A DNA stretch of 64,000 nt from Phycisphaerae bacterium (GCA_963666835.2 CAXXGO010000001.1:1920001-1984000), one strand, 5' to 3'. Positions 1 to 10,617 are shown, numbered from the stretch's first letter. The notes: generated by a model from the sequence alone, not told the origin. Translations and numbers: made by a program.

Positions 1-1654
1 ACTTGCTGACGACCTCCGCGACCTCTTCGGCCGTAACTTCCTCGCGCAAGAGCCCGCCATCCCGATGGAGTTCGGCGAACTTCCGCTCGCGCGTGGCGAC
101 GGCGTCCTCGAGTTCACGTAGATCGCCGTAGCGAATCCGTGCCGCTAGTTCGAGGTCCCCGCGTCGTTGGGCTTCCTCCAACTCGGTCATCTTGGCGGCA
201 ATGTTCTGTTGGACTTCCTTGATAGCCTCGAGTTCGGCCTTCTCGCTCTCCCACTGGGCGGTCAGCGATCGATTCTGTTCCTGCAGTCCGGCCAGAGTCT
301 TCTGCAGACTGGCGAGGTGCTTTCTACTGCCCTCGTCCTTCTCCTTTTTGAGTGCTTCGCGTTCTATCTCTAACTGCATGATCCGCCGGCGAAGCTCATC
401 CAGCTCGTTGGGAAGCGAGTCGTTCTCGATACGCAATCGGGAGGCAGCTTCGTCTATGAGATCCACGGCTTTGTCCGGCAGTTTGCGCTCCGAGATATAT
501 CGGTGGGATAGCGTGGCCGCCGCTACCAGAGCGGCATCTTGGATACGAACGCCATGGTGGGCGTCGTAACGCGGTTTGAGCCCTCGGAGGATCGCGATCG
601 TATCTTCGACGGTGGGTTCGCCAACGTAGAGAGTCTGGAAACGACGTTCGAGCGCCTTGTCCTTTTCGACGTGTTTGCGGTACTCGTCCAGGGTCGTAGC
701 GCCGATGCAGCGGAGTTCGCCGCGCGCCAAGGCCGGTTTCAGCAGGTTCCCGGCGTCGACGGATCCTTCGGCTTTGCCGGCGCCCACTATGGTGTGCAAC
801 TCGTCAATGAAGAGAATCACGCCGCCGCCGGATTCGACCACCTCCCGGACCACCGCCTTGAGACGCTCCTCAAACTCGCCGCGGAACTTCGCCCCGGCGA
901 TAAGAGCGCCCATATCCAAGGCCACCAGCCGTTTGTCTTTGAGCACGTCGGGCACATCCCCTTCGAGGATCCGTTGGGCCAGCCCTTCGACAATGGCGGT
1001 CTTGCCGACTCCGGGGTCGCCGATCAGCACCGGGTTGTTCTTGGTTCGTCGAGCCAGGACCTGCATACAGCGACGGATTTCCTCGTCACGCCCGATGACC
1101 GGATCCAGTTTGCCCTGGCGGGCCATCGCCACCAGATCCCGTCCGTAACGCTCCAACGCCTGATAGGTGTCCTCCGGACTCTGTGACGTAACTGTGGCAC
1201 TTCCTCGGAGGTCGCGCAACGCGGCGAGGATCGCGTCAAGGTTGACGCCGCTGACGGTCAGAATTTCCTTGGCATCACTCTTAACCTCAACCAGGGCGCA
1301 CAGCAGGTGCTCGGTAGAGACGTACTGGTCCTTCATGCCGTCCGCGCGCTTCAGGGCGGCTTGGAGAACCTCGTTGAATTCGGCTCCCGCCGTTAAGGTC
1401 CCTCCCGAGACCTTGGGCCGGCGGTTCAGCTCGGATTGCAGGATCGAGCGAATCTGGGCGACATTGCCCCCGGCCTTCTCCAGTAACGGAACGACGATAC
1501 TGCCGGTGCCGTTAGCGGTGCCGCTGCGGGGTGATCCCAGCAGGGCGTCAAGCAGATGCAGCGGGGATATCTCGCTGTGGCCAGCGGTGGCAGCACGCTG
1601 TTGAGCCGCCTCGATCGCCTCGGCAGCCTTGATCGTGAACTTGTCCATCATCAT
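1..1654 (-). CDS. clpB: ATP-dependent chaperone ClpB (3' end runs off the window)
   Basis: Not in the ORF track because it has no stop in the window. Manual translation gives [21 protein letters not shown]..., [42 protein letters not shown] (Walker A) and a coiled-coil middle region. An AGAGGAG RBS lies upstream. Confidence 0.95.
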   Translation of the reverse strand, partial: MMMDKFTIKAAEAIEAAQQRAATAGHSEISPLHLLDALLGSPRSGTANGTGSIVVPLLEKAGGNVAQIRSILQSELNRRPKVSGGTLTAGAEFNEVLQAALKRADGMKDQYVSTEHLLCALVEVKSDAKEILTVSGVNLDAILAALRDLRGSATVTSQSPEDTYQALERYGRDLVAMARQGKLDPVIGRDEEIRRCMQVLARRTKNNPVLIGDPGVGKTAIVEGLAQRILEGDVPDVLKDKRLVALDMGALIAGAKFRGEFEERLKAVVREVVESGGGVILFIDELHTIVGAGKAEGSVDAGNLLKPALARGELRCIGATTLDEYRKHVEKDKALERRFQTLYVGEPTVEDTIAILRGLKPRYDAHHGVRIQDAALVAAATLSHRYISERKLPDKAVDLIDEAASRLRIENDSLPNELDELRRRIMQLEIEREALKKEKDEGSRKHLASLQKTLAGLQEQNRSLTAQWESEKAELEAIKEVQQNIAAKMTELEEAQRRGDLELAARIRYGDLRELEDAVATRERKFAELHRDGGLLREEVTAEEVAEVVSK

Positions 1655-1711
1655 CGAAACGGTCTCCTCTCCGGCGGTGATTGGTCGAGTGTTCCGCCGA
1701 ATAGCATGTTC

Positions 1712-1727
1712 TGCAGGACTCGTGCCA
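1712..1727 (-). promoter_or_regulatory. Sigma-54 (-24/-12) promoter upstream of clpB
   Basis: Minus strand TGGCACGAGTCCTGCA has exact GG-N10-GC spacing, about 60 nt upstream of the clpB start. Confidence 0.65.
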
Positions 1728-1808
1728 CGAGGTGGTGGAACTTAAGTGCTTTTGTGGCAATTGGTTACGGTGTCTTGTCTTTAAGAGGACGCCCCTGCCC
1801 GACTGCCA

Positions 1809-1828
1809 CTGCCGTTTTGACACGGCAG
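1809..1828. promoter_or_regulatory. Inverted repeat, candidate activator (enhancer) binding site for the clpB promoter
   Basis: CTGCCGT-N6-ACGGCAG is a perfect 7-bp dyad about 80-100 nt upstream of the sigma-54 motif. An AT-rich stretch (1741-1770) lies between them. Confidence 0.45.
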
Positions 1829-2058
1829 CCTGAGGTGTCCGCTTGACCGTGGTGCGGTTGGATTCGCCGCGTAACGGTGCAGGAAGCGGCGGTCTGGGCG
1901 TAGGGCAGGGGCGGTTGGGGTCTGATACCGTGAAAAAGGGGCCAAGCGGGCTCATGCTTTGCGCCCATCTTGGCGACTCGGATTCGACCAGCTATGGTGG
2001 CGAGCCCAAGAGGTTTGTGGTGTACCGATTCCCGCCGGAAAAGGGACTGATTACGGTA

Positions 2059-3795
2059 ATGAACTCGAAAGAAGGCGACGCCGCGGAGCGATGTGCGGAG
2101 CAGTTGACCCCGTTTCTGAAAGCTGCGGGGAGCAAACGGCGGCGATCATCGTCGAAGGACGATGATGCCCGGGAGGAGGCGATCGCGCTGCTGCGCGGTT
2201 TGGACGACGACACTCTAATCAGCACTCTGCGGAGAATCAGCCGGAGTCGCGCATCGGAGCCGGGGGGGGGGGCGAGTGAGGGCGTCCCTCCGGCCCGAGG
2301 CTCGGTGTTGTTGTGGTTGATAACGGCCGCGATGACCGGGGCGATCATCATGGGGTTAGAGCTGGTGGCTTTTCGGCTGTACGCTCCGTATTTCGGGTAC
2401 TCGGTCTACGTGTGGGGCACGATGATCTCGGTGGTCATGATCGCCCTTTCTCTGGGGTATGCCTTCGGTGGCTGGCTGGCGGACCGGAGTCAGACGGATC
2501 GGCCGCTATATACCGTAATACTCGCAACGGCGTTCTATCAGCTCGTCATCGTCTGCACGGTGCGCGCGCTGTTGTCTGACCTGACCGAGACCGGAGAGGT
2601 TGTCGGGACGACCCTTGCCACCTTGATTGTGTTTGTGCCGCCGATGGCGGGCCTGGCAATCACCGGGCCTTTTGTGATTCGCCTGCTGACGCGCGCCGGG
2701 CACGCCGGGGTTACGGCCGGACGGGTCTACGCTCTTTCCACCGTCGGCAGTATCGCCGGGATATTGCTTACGAGCTTCGTAATGGTCCCGGCTCTGGGAA
2801 CACAGGCAACTCTGCAGATTCTCTGCGCCCTTTCGGCCATCGTTGGGGTCGTTGGATTGGCTCGGATCAAGCGTTGGGCGATAGTCGGCGCCGCCCCGGC
2901 AGTGCTGGTGTTTCTCACCCCGCCAGTGGCGTGGGGTGTGGGGACGATTTGGGTGTGCGACTCGGCCTACAACCTGGTTCGTGTCGTCCAAGAGGGGACG
3001 CACAAGAGACTGATTCTCAACAGCGAGGGGTCCGTCGCCACGCGGCGAGAAGAGTCCACCGGGTGGACCGGCGGGTACTACGACGACTTCGCTCTCGGAC
3101 CGCTGTTGGTGCCGGGCAAAAGGGCGTTGGTGTTGGGAATGGGAGCGGGCGGCTCGGTCACCTCCACCCGGAAGGTGGATACCGAGATCGAATTTGACGC
3201 GGTGGAGATCGACCCGAAGGTCGTCGAGGCGGCCATCGTACATTTCGGGGTAGACCCGAATGACGACAAGCTGCATGTCTTCGTGGCCGATGCGCGGCCT
3301 TGGCTGGCGAAGAACACGTCCCAATATGATCTGGTTCATGTCGACCTCTATCAGGGAGGTCCATATATCCCGTTTTATCTTGTCACCGAGGAGTTCTTTC
3401 GGGTAGTACGGGCGCACATGTCCGAAGACGGCGCGATTCTAATGAACGTCTTGGACGTCAGCCCCCAATTGGAATTGTTGAACGCCACGGGAGCGACTCT
3501 CCGCCGAGTGTTCCCTTCGGTGATCGTGTTGTCTCGGGGGCGTGGCAATCACATGGTGTTTGCGTTCACCGGCGAGCGTTCCGCTGCGGAGGTCCGTGAG
3601 CTTCTGGCGGGTGTCGCGGATGATTCCGATGTGGGAGAGTTCGTGCGGGCCGCCATACCGGGAATGGCCGATCTGGACCCTCCGCCGGAAACACCGATCT
3701 TCACGGACGACTTTACGCCGATCGAGAGCATGACCCGGCGGATGTTGGCCGACTTCTCCCTCCGGACGAAGAGGCAAGCCGGCTACGGGGGCTGA
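2059..3795 (+). CDS. Fused MFS-like membrane domain / spermidine synthase-like SAM-dependent protein
   Basis: N-terminal TM helices (GLELVAFRLYAPYFGYSVYVWG; AGRVYALSTVGSIAG), then LVLGMGAGG, AVEIDPKV, DAR and YDLVHVD. Start chosen at ATG 2059 within ORF 1843..3795. Confidence 0.85.
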   Translation: MNSKEGDAAERCAEQLTPFLKAAGSKRRRSSSKDDDAREEAIALLRGLDDDTLISTLRRISRSRASEPGGGASEGVPPARGSVLLWLITAAMTGAIIMGLELVAFRLYAPYFGYSVYVWGTMISVVMIALSLGYAFGGWLADRSQTDRPLYTVILATAFYQLVIVCTVRALLSDLTETGEVVGTTLATLIVFVPPMAGLAITGPFVIRLLTRAGHAGVTAGRVYALSTVGSIAGILLTSFVMVPALGTQATLQILCALSAIVGVVGLARIKRWAIVGAAPAVLVFLTPPVAWGVGTIWVCDSAYNLVRVVQEGTHKRLILNSEGSVATRREESTGWTGGYYDDFALGPLLVPGKRALVLGMGAGGSVTSTRKVDTEIEFDAVEIDPKVVEAAIVHFGVDPNDDKLHVFVADARPWLAKNTSQYDLVHVDLYQGGPYIPFYLVTEEFFRVVRAHMSEDGAILMNVLDVSPQLELLNATGATLRRVFPSVIVLSRGRGNHMVFAFTGERSAAEVRELLAGVADDSDVGEFVRAAIPGMADLDPPPETPIFTDDFTPIESMTRRMLADFSLRTKRQAGYGG

Positions 3796-3999
3796 TTGTT
3801 ACCCGGGGTTTCCCTCGCCTACCCGCTACGGACGCAAGAACGACCGTTTTGTCCTCAGCCCGATCGCGCCGACCTTCATTGGGTGGTCAGAGCACCCGAA
3901 AAACAGGTATTGAATGCCAACGAGGAGCCGCTGGGGCGGGTCCGATGGGCCGCTCTGCGCGGAGTGCGTTGGCGATACAGACTGTGAGGGTGCCCGAAC

Positions 4000-4431
4000 G
4001 TGTGTATCGCTGTGGGCGAGAGGATCCTGAACGAGCTGGCACGACGGTTTCCGCTTGCGGCGACCACTTGCGAATCTCGCGGGGTGGATAGACGCCTGTC
4101 TCTTCGCTTCGAACTGCAATCGGGCTCCGTTAATAGCCTCATGACCTTTGCCGACGGTTCGGAGCTTACGGGGACGTTGGTCGACTTCTCCGTCCATGGC
4201 GCGACGATTGTGGCGGATCGCCTTCCGGAGATTGGGCAAGCGGTTCACCTGCGGCTTCTTGTCGGAGATGAGGAGCGCGTGGATGCGGTCGGGCAAGTTC
4301 GGAATCAAGGACCCAGCGGCCAGGGCTGCCGCTTCGGTGTGCGGTTCGTCGATGTGGAGGATGAGCAGCACCCGGGCGAACCTCGACCCGCCCGAGTTCC
4401 CGAGCCTTCAATAGGCCGTGGAGTGGAGTAA
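4000..4431 (+). CDS. PilZ domain protein
   Basis: RxxxR (DRRLSLR) and DxSxxG (DFSVHG) motifs plus GVRF. Start uncertain. Confidence 0.7.
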   Translation: MCIAVGERILNELARRFPLAATTCESRGVDRRLSLRFELQSGSVNSLMTFADGSELTGTLVDFSVHGATIVADRLPEIGQAVHLRLLVGDEERVDAVGQVRNQGPSGQGCRFGVRFVDVEDEQHPGEPRPARVPEPSIGRGVE

Positions 4432-4434
4432 TCG

Positions 4435-5517
4435 ATGGCCGGCCGGAAAGTACGCACGCTTGTCGTAGACGACAGTAGCCTCATCCGGACTATTCTCAAA
4501 ACATCACTCTCGCAACATCCCGAGATAGAGGTTGTGGGGGCTGCGGAGGATGGCGTGCAGGCGCTGAAGAAGATCGCCGCTCTCAAACCGGATGTCGTTA
4601 CTCTTGACGTAGAGATGCCGAGACTGAACGGTATCGGCGTGCTGGAACGCGTTGTCGGCCGGGCTCCGGTTGCTTTCGTGATGGTCTCTACTCTGACCCA
4701 GGCGGGGGCTCGGATTACGTTCGAAGCCCTCAGCAAGGGGGCGTTTGACTATGTAGCCAAGCCCAAAACCGGCGGGTTCGCTGGAGTGCCGGCGTTTAGA
4801 CAGCGTCTTCAGCAGCTTGTCCTAGCTGCGGCGAGTAGCAGAGGGAAGAGACGCCCGGTTGCGGCGGCGGCCCGCCCGGCGGGGACTGCTGCGCCTGCGT
4901 TGCCTCCCAATTTGGAGCGTGGATGGGTGGTGGGCATCGGAATAAGCTGCGGAGGACCGCCGACTTTGACCGAGATGCTGCCCAGCTTCCCCAGCGATTT
5001 CGTCCCGATCCTCATCACACAGCACATGCCGGCCCAGTTCACCGCGTCCTTTGCGAAACATCTCGACGACGTGTGCAGCATGGATGTGCGAGAGGCCGTC
5101 CAGGGTGACCGGCCTGCGCCCGGTACGATCCTGGTTGCTCCCGGCGGACACCACATGAAGCTCGTGCGGCAGGGGGCCAGTCTTGTGGTGCGGCTGGATT
5201 CCGGCGGGAAGGTCTCAGGGCATCGTCCGTCGGCTGACGTGATGTTTGACTCGATCGCCCGGAGTTGCGGTCCGCGGGCGGTCGGTGTCATCATGACCGG
5301 GATGGGGGGGGATGGCGCGATCGGGCTGGGCCGGATGAGGAATGCCGGAGCGTGGACTATCGCTCAGGACGAGGCAACGAGTCTCGTGTATGGAATGCCG
5401 AAAGAGGCCGTAAAGGCGGAGGCCGTGGATCACATCGTGCCGTTGCCCAAAATACCTCTGGCAGTATCCAGACTTCTTCAGCGGGGCGTTCGCCGGGCGC
5501 CAGCGACCTCCCGGTAG
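4435..5517 (+). CDS. cheB: Chemotaxis response regulator protein-glutamate methylesterase
   Basis: Receiver domain (LVVDDS, TLDVEMP, YVAKP) plus methylesterase domain (GISCGG, QHMP, HRPSAD, TGMGGDG). Confidence 0.95.
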   Translation: MAGRKVRTLVVDDSSLIRTILKTSLSQHPEIEVVGAAEDGVQALKKIAALKPDVVTLDVEMPRLNGIGVLERVVGRAPVAFVMVSTLTQAGARITFEALSKGAFDYVAKPKTGGFAGVPAFRQRLQQLVLAAASSRGKRRPVAAAARPAGTAAPALPPNLERGWVVGIGISCGGPPTLTEMLPSFPSDFVPILITQHMPAQFTASFAKHLDDVCSMDVREAVQGDRPAPGTILVAPGGHHMKLVRQGASLVVRLDSGGKVSGHRPSADVMFDSIARSCGPRAVGVIMTGMGGDGAIGLGRMRNAGAWTIAQDEATSLVYGMPKEAVKAEAVDHIVPLPKIPLAVSRLLQRGVRRAPATSR

Positions 5518-5676
5518 CCTCGCCCGGAGACTCACTCCCGTTGAGGGGATTACGCGTCTCCTCCCGTTGACTCTCATTATGTCGTTCGGTAGCGTGCAAA
5601 CTTGGCAAGTACCCGGTTTCGCATCACGAGAGGGGCGTCCCCTGAATGATGCGGCGAAGCGCGCAGCTCGACGCCT

Positions 5677-7422
5677 ATGGTCACGTCAGAGTCTGGCGAT
5701 GTGGCAGTGCGAACTTCAACACGCCGGCCGTTGGTCGGGGTGTTGCCATACGCCGTGGTGGTGGTGGTCTACGCCGCGACTTTCCTATTGACTCCCCACG
5801 ACGGGTTTTGGATCAATGACAACGGCTGCAAGTTCATCCAAGTCCAAGCTCTGATTCGTTCGGATTACCAGGCTTACGATATCCCGTGGCCCGGACGCGA
5901 CCTCGACCCGCGTTTCGTGTTCAACCCGCTCCCGGAGCCCTTCGGCCATGTGGTTGATGGCAAGCTCTATGCGACGTTCTCGCCCGTTTTTCCGTTGCTT
6001 TCGTCCTTTCCGTACCGAGCGATTGGGTTTGCCGGTTTGTATCTGTTACCGTTGCTCAGCGGCCTGCTCTTGCTGCCGGCGGTAGGGGCTCTGGCCGGTT
6101 TGCTTGACGGATCCGGACGCGGGCGAAGCTGGTGCCGGGGCTTGGCAGTGATAGTCGTTGCGTTGGGCACGCCCGTGTGGTTCTACAGCGTGACCTTCTG
6201 GGAGCACCTGCCGGCGGTCTGCCTTACGACTTGGGGTGTCGTCTTCTATTTGAGGTTCGTTGCGGGGCAAGCACCGCGTCAGTTGGCGGTTAGTGCGGTG
6301 CTCTGCGGTCTGTCGGTCTACTTCCGCGATGAACTATATGTCTTCGGGGCGGTGGCTGCGGTACTGACGATCTTCACCGGCCGAAGAAGATTACACGCTT
6401 TTTTGTTATTCTGCGGCGTGTTCGTCGGTGTCCTGGTGCCCCTGTGGTTATTCCAATGGCTGACATTGGGAAAGCCGTTTGGATGGCACTTCCAGACTGA
6501 CTCGCTGCTGCAGACGGGTATCCTTGCTCATCTTCGCGATCGCGGGGGGGTCGTGCGACGACTCCTGCTGAACAGTCACGGCAATGCGTGGCTCTCCGCC
6601 GCTCTCAGTATCCCTTATCTGGGGTTACTGGTGTTCTTTCCGCGTTTGCGGGATCGGGTTTTCCGTTGGGCAACCGTTGTCTTGGCCGGGGCGGCCGTGA
6701 TTGGCGGTATCGTTGTGTTCGTCGGCTTCGAGACGGCGAATAACCCGGTACTATGGACAATGTCGGCCAACGGGCTGTTCGCGGTTTCTCCCGTTTTGAT
6801 TCTGGCGTTTTTGCGCCCGCGGAACGTGTGCGGTCGAAAAGGAGGCGAAGCGGGGGGGCGGGCTCGAAAGACCCTCTGGTTGATCCTACTGTTTTATGTG
6901 GCGGCGTATGCCCTGGTGACCCCGCGTCTGCACGCCGGGGGTATCCACTGGGGCTGCCGCTATCTTCTGCCGATGTTTCCGCTCATGGGCGCCGGCGCTT
7001 GTGTTACGGTGAGACACTGGTGGTCGGCGAACCGGGATGTGCTCGGACGCGGCATTGTGATCTTGATGATAGCATCGTCCGTCGGGTTACAGGTGTATTC
7101 TGTAGACCTTCTTCGCGACCGGAAACGTGAATCGGCCGAGGTGAACAGGGTATTCCGCGAGTACCCGGAGCAGATCGTGGTGGCGACAAGCTGGTTCGTC
7201 CCGCAAGAACTCTCGCGTGGGTTCTTCGACCGCCAGGTCTTCCTTGTAAGGAACCCGCAAGTGATGAGAAGTCTGTTCCGGGAGCTTAGCCGGTGCGGGG
7301 TGCCCGAGGTGCTCATGGTGATATCGCACAGGCCGGGCTCGGCGACGAATGACCGGACCCGGGTGATGCGCCTGGGCCATGCGGATCTTGCCTTCGTTCC
7401 GTACCGATTGCCACCCGCGTGA
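5677..7422 (+). CDS. Polytopic membrane protein, putative GT-C-fold glycosyltransferase
   Basis: About 12 TM segments, an N-terminal DNGCKFIQ loop and a WGCRYL motif. Family assignment is an inference. Confidence 0.6.
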   Translation: MVTSESGDVAVRTSTRRPLVGVLPYAVVVVVYAATFLLTPHDGFWINDNGCKFIQVQALIRSDYQAYDIPWPGRDLDPRFVFNPLPEPFGHVVDGKLYATFSPVFPLLSSFPYRAIGFAGLYLLPLLSGLLLLPAVGALAGLLDGSGRGRSWCRGLAVIVVALGTPVWFYSVTFWEHLPAVCLTTWGVVFYLRFVAGQAPRQLAVSAVLCGLSVYFRDELYVFGAVAAVLTIFTGRRRLHAFLLFCGVFVGVLVPLWLFQWLTLGKPFGWHFQTDSLLQTGILAHLRDRGGVVRRLLLNSHGNAWLSAALSIPYLGLLVFFPRLRDRVFRWATVVLAGAAVIGGIVVFVGFETANNPVLWTMSANGLFAVSPVLILAFLRPRNVCGRKGGEAGGRARKTLWLILLFYVAAYALVTPRLHAGGIHWGCRYLLPMFPLMGAGACVTVRHWWSANRDVLGRGIVILMIASSVGLQVYSVDLLRDRKRESAEVNRVFREYPEQIVVATSWFVPQELSRGFFDRQVFLVRNPQVMRSLFRELSRCGVPEVLMVISHRPGSATNDRTRVMRLGHADLAFVPYRLPPA

Positions 7423-7480
7423 CATGTGGTCGCCGGGCGATGTTTGCCGACGATTCGTTCAGTATTCTGACACTACAGTG

Positions 7481-8149
7481 TCACATCCCGCGCCGGGTCC
7501 AGACGAAGATGCCGACACCGATCGTTGCCAGCACGAAGGTGGCGGGTTCCGGCACCGCGCCGGTAATGACTCGCATCTGGTCAACATCCCAGAGACCGTT
7601 GAGCTTGTTGACGGTCAGCGTGTGCATATCCGCGCTGAGGGTGATGGTGTCTTGTCTGCCGGGTTCCAATCCGCGGAAGATCCCGTCGGGATAGTCGGTC
7701 CCCGAGGCGCCCAACAACCCGTCAGTCTCGTTCAATGTGGAAAAGCGCACGTCTACCCCCAGGATTCTCTCGGCAAACGTAACCGACGCGGGGGACGATA
7801 GCTGACCGGTGCTGAAGCAACCGATAAGCGGGTCGAAATGCAGCAGATAGCTCTGAACGGCGGTGCCTGCGGCGAGCGTGCCGGACGCTGATCTGAGCGT
7901 CCAGGAATCGAAGTAGTAATACGTTCCCGGGGCGGCGATATCGACCTCTAATCCGGATTCGGGTACCACAGCCGCAGACTCGGTGATCAGAAACAGATCG
8001 CTGCTGCTCTGCAGGGCATCGTCGGCCAAGGAAACGGGGGCGGTGACGGGCGTTACGTTTGAACTGAGCTGGGTGACGCCCGCCTGCACCGGCAAGGCGA
8101 GTACCCCGGCGCACAGCATGGCCGTCAGCGCGGTGATTATCCTATTCAC
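7481..8149 (-). CDS. PEP-CTERM sorting domain protein
   Basis: Signal peptide and C-terminal VPEPATFVLATIGVGIFVWTRR. Confidence 0.93.
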   Translation of the reverse strand: MNRIITALTAMLCAGVLALPVQAGVTQLSSNVTPVTAPVSLADDALQSSSDLFLITESAAVVPESGLEVDIAAPGTYYYFDSWTLRSASGTLAAGTAVQSYLLHFDPLIGCFSTGQLSSPASVTFAERILGVDVRFSTLNETDGLLGASGTDYPDGIFRGLEPGRQDTITLSADMHTLTVNKLNGLWDVDQMRVITGAVPEPATFVLATIGVGIFVWTRRGM

Positions 8150-8214
8150 GAGTGCTCCCCCTCCGTTTACGGACGTTTCATCTCGGTCGGACTACTACGC
8201 AAGCGTACGATTGC

Positions 8215-8230
8215 CGCAGTTTGCAGGCCA
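8215..8230 (-). promoter_or_regulatory. Possible sigma-54 promoter of the PEP-CTERM gene
   Basis: Minus strand TGGCCTGCAAACTGCG (GG-N10-GC) about 65 nt upstream of the start. Imperfect match. Confidence 0.35.
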
Positions 8231-8387
8231 ATCGGCAAAGCGTGACGGTGATTCTGTCCGCGGTGTCTTCGGCGAGCGTCCGATACGCCGTGCTTGCCGG
8301 GACAAGCCGCGCGGACCCACTCGTTAAGCGTCGGTCAACTGCACTGCAAGGGAAGGGTATTTCCGGTGCGGGGGGAGCTCAGGCGGA

Positions 8388-8984
8388 CTACTCGTAATCG
8401 GGATCGATCTCTGCGCACACTAGGCTCAACATCTCGTTGAGGAGCTCTGTCCGCACGACCGTAGCGGACTCCAGCGTCCGCACTTCGCCGTTTTGTCCAT
8501 GGACTGTCGACGTGATGCGCGTGCCAAGGGCGGGAACGTCTTTAGTCTCGGCCATGAACGCTATTCCGGTGGACGAGACGTCCACCAGCCACCCGCAAGA
8601 GCGATCGGGCGACGAGGGCGTGATGAATCCGATGAGACTGCTCTCCGGGCTTCTGCGGGAGGCGCGACGTTCCGGTTGGCGCGGGCTGGGGTCGGCGTCG
8701 CCGCAGACCGTCCGGCCATTTAGCGGATCGACATCATCGAGCGGGATCGCATCCAGAAAGGCCTCGTCGTCTTCACGAGACCAACAGAGATCGTCCAGGT
8801 TCCCGTTCCTCGCCATGGCGACGAACACTCCGTTGGCAGTTGCGAGATTCGGCCGTTCCGCAGGGGCGGCCTCGATTCCCTGGTGTGCAAACCACCGGCG
8901 ATACAGCTCCCGGGCGATGTCCTCATCGGAGAGGATGCTTACCGGCCATCCCAGTTTCCCGAGGGCTTGGCGAAGCGATTCCAT
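8388..8984 (-). CDS. Protein with C-terminal PilZ domain
   Basis: ERRASRR and DVSSTG motifs. Start chosen at MESLRQ within ORF 8388..9359. Confidence 0.7.
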   Translation of the reverse strand: MESLRQALGKLGWPVSILSDEDIARELYRRWFAHQGIEAAPAERPNLATANGVFVAMARNGNLDDLCWSREDDEAFLDAIPLDDVDPLNGRTVCGDADPSPRQPERRASRRSPESSLIGFITPSSPDRSCGWLVDVSSTGIAFMAETKDVPALGTRITSTVHGQNGEVRTLESATVVRTELLNEMLSLVCAEIDPDYE

Positions 8985-9322
8985 GACGGTTTTGACTCCG
9001 GCGTTTATGGGACGATCGCAGGGGGGCACGCAGGCCAACTTCGCCGCCGCGACAGTCTCCGCTGACCGACCAAGGTGATCGGCTTTTCGATCAGCGCCCT
9101 TGATCGAGGTCCCTGCGGTTCCGCCGCGGACCGGTGACGATGCAGGGCAGCGGGATGTTACCGGCCCGGACCGGGAAAGTACCGCCAGCCTTCTCCTGGT
9201 GTTTTGCCGTGACGTAGATCTTAGTGGGGGGGCTGACAGTCCGGATCGGTTGTGCCTCTGGAGCGACTCGTCTCCAATCTGGTGGGGGTGGCCGAGGCAA
9301 GTCTGCCGAAGAGCTTGCCCAT

Positions 9323-9356
9323 GAAGAAGGGGGGCGGATGCAAGCTCCGCCCCCCT
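9323..9356 (-). terminator. Intrinsic terminator after the PPIase cluster
   Basis: 11-bp GC-rich stem AGGGGGGCGGA/TCCGCCCCCCT followed by TCTTC on the minus strand, about 30 nt after the stop at 9385. Confidence 0.7.
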
Positions 9357-9384
9357 CAATGGAGTAGTCGAAGAGTCGTCTCGC

Positions 9385-10470
9385 CTATTTCACTTCCAGC
9401 AGCTCGATCTCAAAGATGGTTGTCGCGTTCGGTGGGATCTTGCCCGGGACTTCGCGGCGTCCAAACCCGAGTTCGGGAGGTATGACCATGATCCGTGTTC
9501 CGCCCTCGCGCATGCCGAGGAGCCCCTCTTGGATTCCGGTCAAGAACTTGCCGACCTCCTGCTCAAACGGCTCATCCAGCGAGTACGTGTTCTCGAACTC
9601 CGTTCCGTCGATCAGGCTCGCACGGTAGTGAACGACGACCGTCTCAGTTATGATTGGGGGGGCGCCGTGTCCGACCTCAGAATCTACGTACTTGAGCCCG
9701 GATTCGGTTGAGGTCAGCTTCGCACCCGCCCTTTTCTCAATAGCGGCGAGCCGGTCTCGGTACGTCTTCTCTGCGGCCAGTTTTGCCTTCTCGGCCTCCT
9801 CGCGAATCTTGCGCTCGGCTGCTTCGGAAACAGCCAGCGCCTTGCGGCGGTCGAACGGGCTTTGGAGCTTCACCGACGTAATCACGATTGGTTCAACCGG
9901 AACGACCTTGCTAAGGCCCGCCGCAAAGTCTCTGTGGGGTCCGGTCGTAACCGCGGAGATTTTGTCGACCACATTCAGACCTTCCACTACCCGCCCGAAT
10001 ACCGCGTAAGCGGCTCCGTCGGGTAGGGGTTTGTCCAAACCGGTGTTGGTGTCGCCCACGTTAATGAAGAACTCGGCAACCGCAGAATCCGGGTACCCGA
10101 GCCGGCGGACCATCGCGATTGAGCCGCGCACGTTTGTCAAACCGTTGCCGGATTCACTCTTCACGGCGTCGCGCAGGCCATCGGTCTTCTTGCGCATGTC
10201 GGCGGTGCGGGCTCCGCCCTGAATCAGACCGTCCGGAATGACTCGATGGAAGAGTGTGCCGTCGTAGAACTTCGCGTTGACGTAGTCGACGAAATTCACA
10301 ACGGTCAGAGGGGCCTTTTCGGCATCGAGTTCCAAAACGATGTTCCCCAACGTCGTCTCGAGCTGAACTCGAGGGTGAAGCTCCGCCGTGGCGTCGTCCG
10401 CTGCGGAGGCCGTGATACTACCGAACGCCGGCAGCAGTAAGATTGCGGTAACCAACACTCGGGTCATCAT
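9385..10470 (-). CDS. Secreted cyclophilin-FKBP fusion PPIase (divergent copy)
   Basis: Signal peptide, cyclophilin domain (FYDGTLFHRV...IQGG, FFIN, YAVFGRV), charged helical linker and FKBP domain (VVHY, IPPELGFG, IPPNATTIFEIEL). GAAAGGA RBS. Confidence 0.9.
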   Translation of the reverse strand: MMTRVLVTAILLLPAFGSITASAADDATAELHPRVQLETTLGNIVLELDAEKAPLTVVNFVDYVNAKFYDGTLFHRVIPDGLIQGGARTADMRKKTDGLRDAVKSESGNGLTNVRGSIAMVRRLGYPDSAVAEFFINVGDTNTGLDKPLPDGAAYAVFGRVVEGLNVVDKISAVTTGPHRDFAAGLSKVVPVEPIVITSVKLQSPFDRRKALAVSEAAERKIREEAEKAKLAAEKTYRDRLAAIEKRAGAKLTSTESGLKYVDSEVGHGAPPIITETVVVHYRASLIDGTEFENTYSLDEPFEQEVGKFLTGIQEGLLGMREGGTRIMVIPPELGFGRREVPGKIPPNATTIFEIELLEVK

Positions 10471-10617
10471 CTGTCCTTTCGAAACAAGCGGAATCGCGAG
10501 CCTCCAAGCCAAGCCGCGTCCGCGGGCTGTCAGATCCGCTACGCTGCGCTTCATCCCATCCCGGCCGGAAGCCGTTCCTCCAATGTCAAACACACTTGTG
10601 ATCGAGCCGAACTTCAA

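Noticed and set aside
167..1604. Plus-strand ORFs over clpB, and similar antisense ORFs such as 28999-30069, 35953-36954 and 43330-44883
   Set aside because: These are shadow ORFs antisense to well-supported genes, as expected in GC-rich DNA.
3796..4000. TGA at 3985-87 followed by GCPNVC, in frame with the PilZ ORF, as a second selenocysteine site
   Set aside because: The upstream ORF looks non-coding, there is no recognisable redox-family context, and PilZ proteins have no catalytic Cys at that position.
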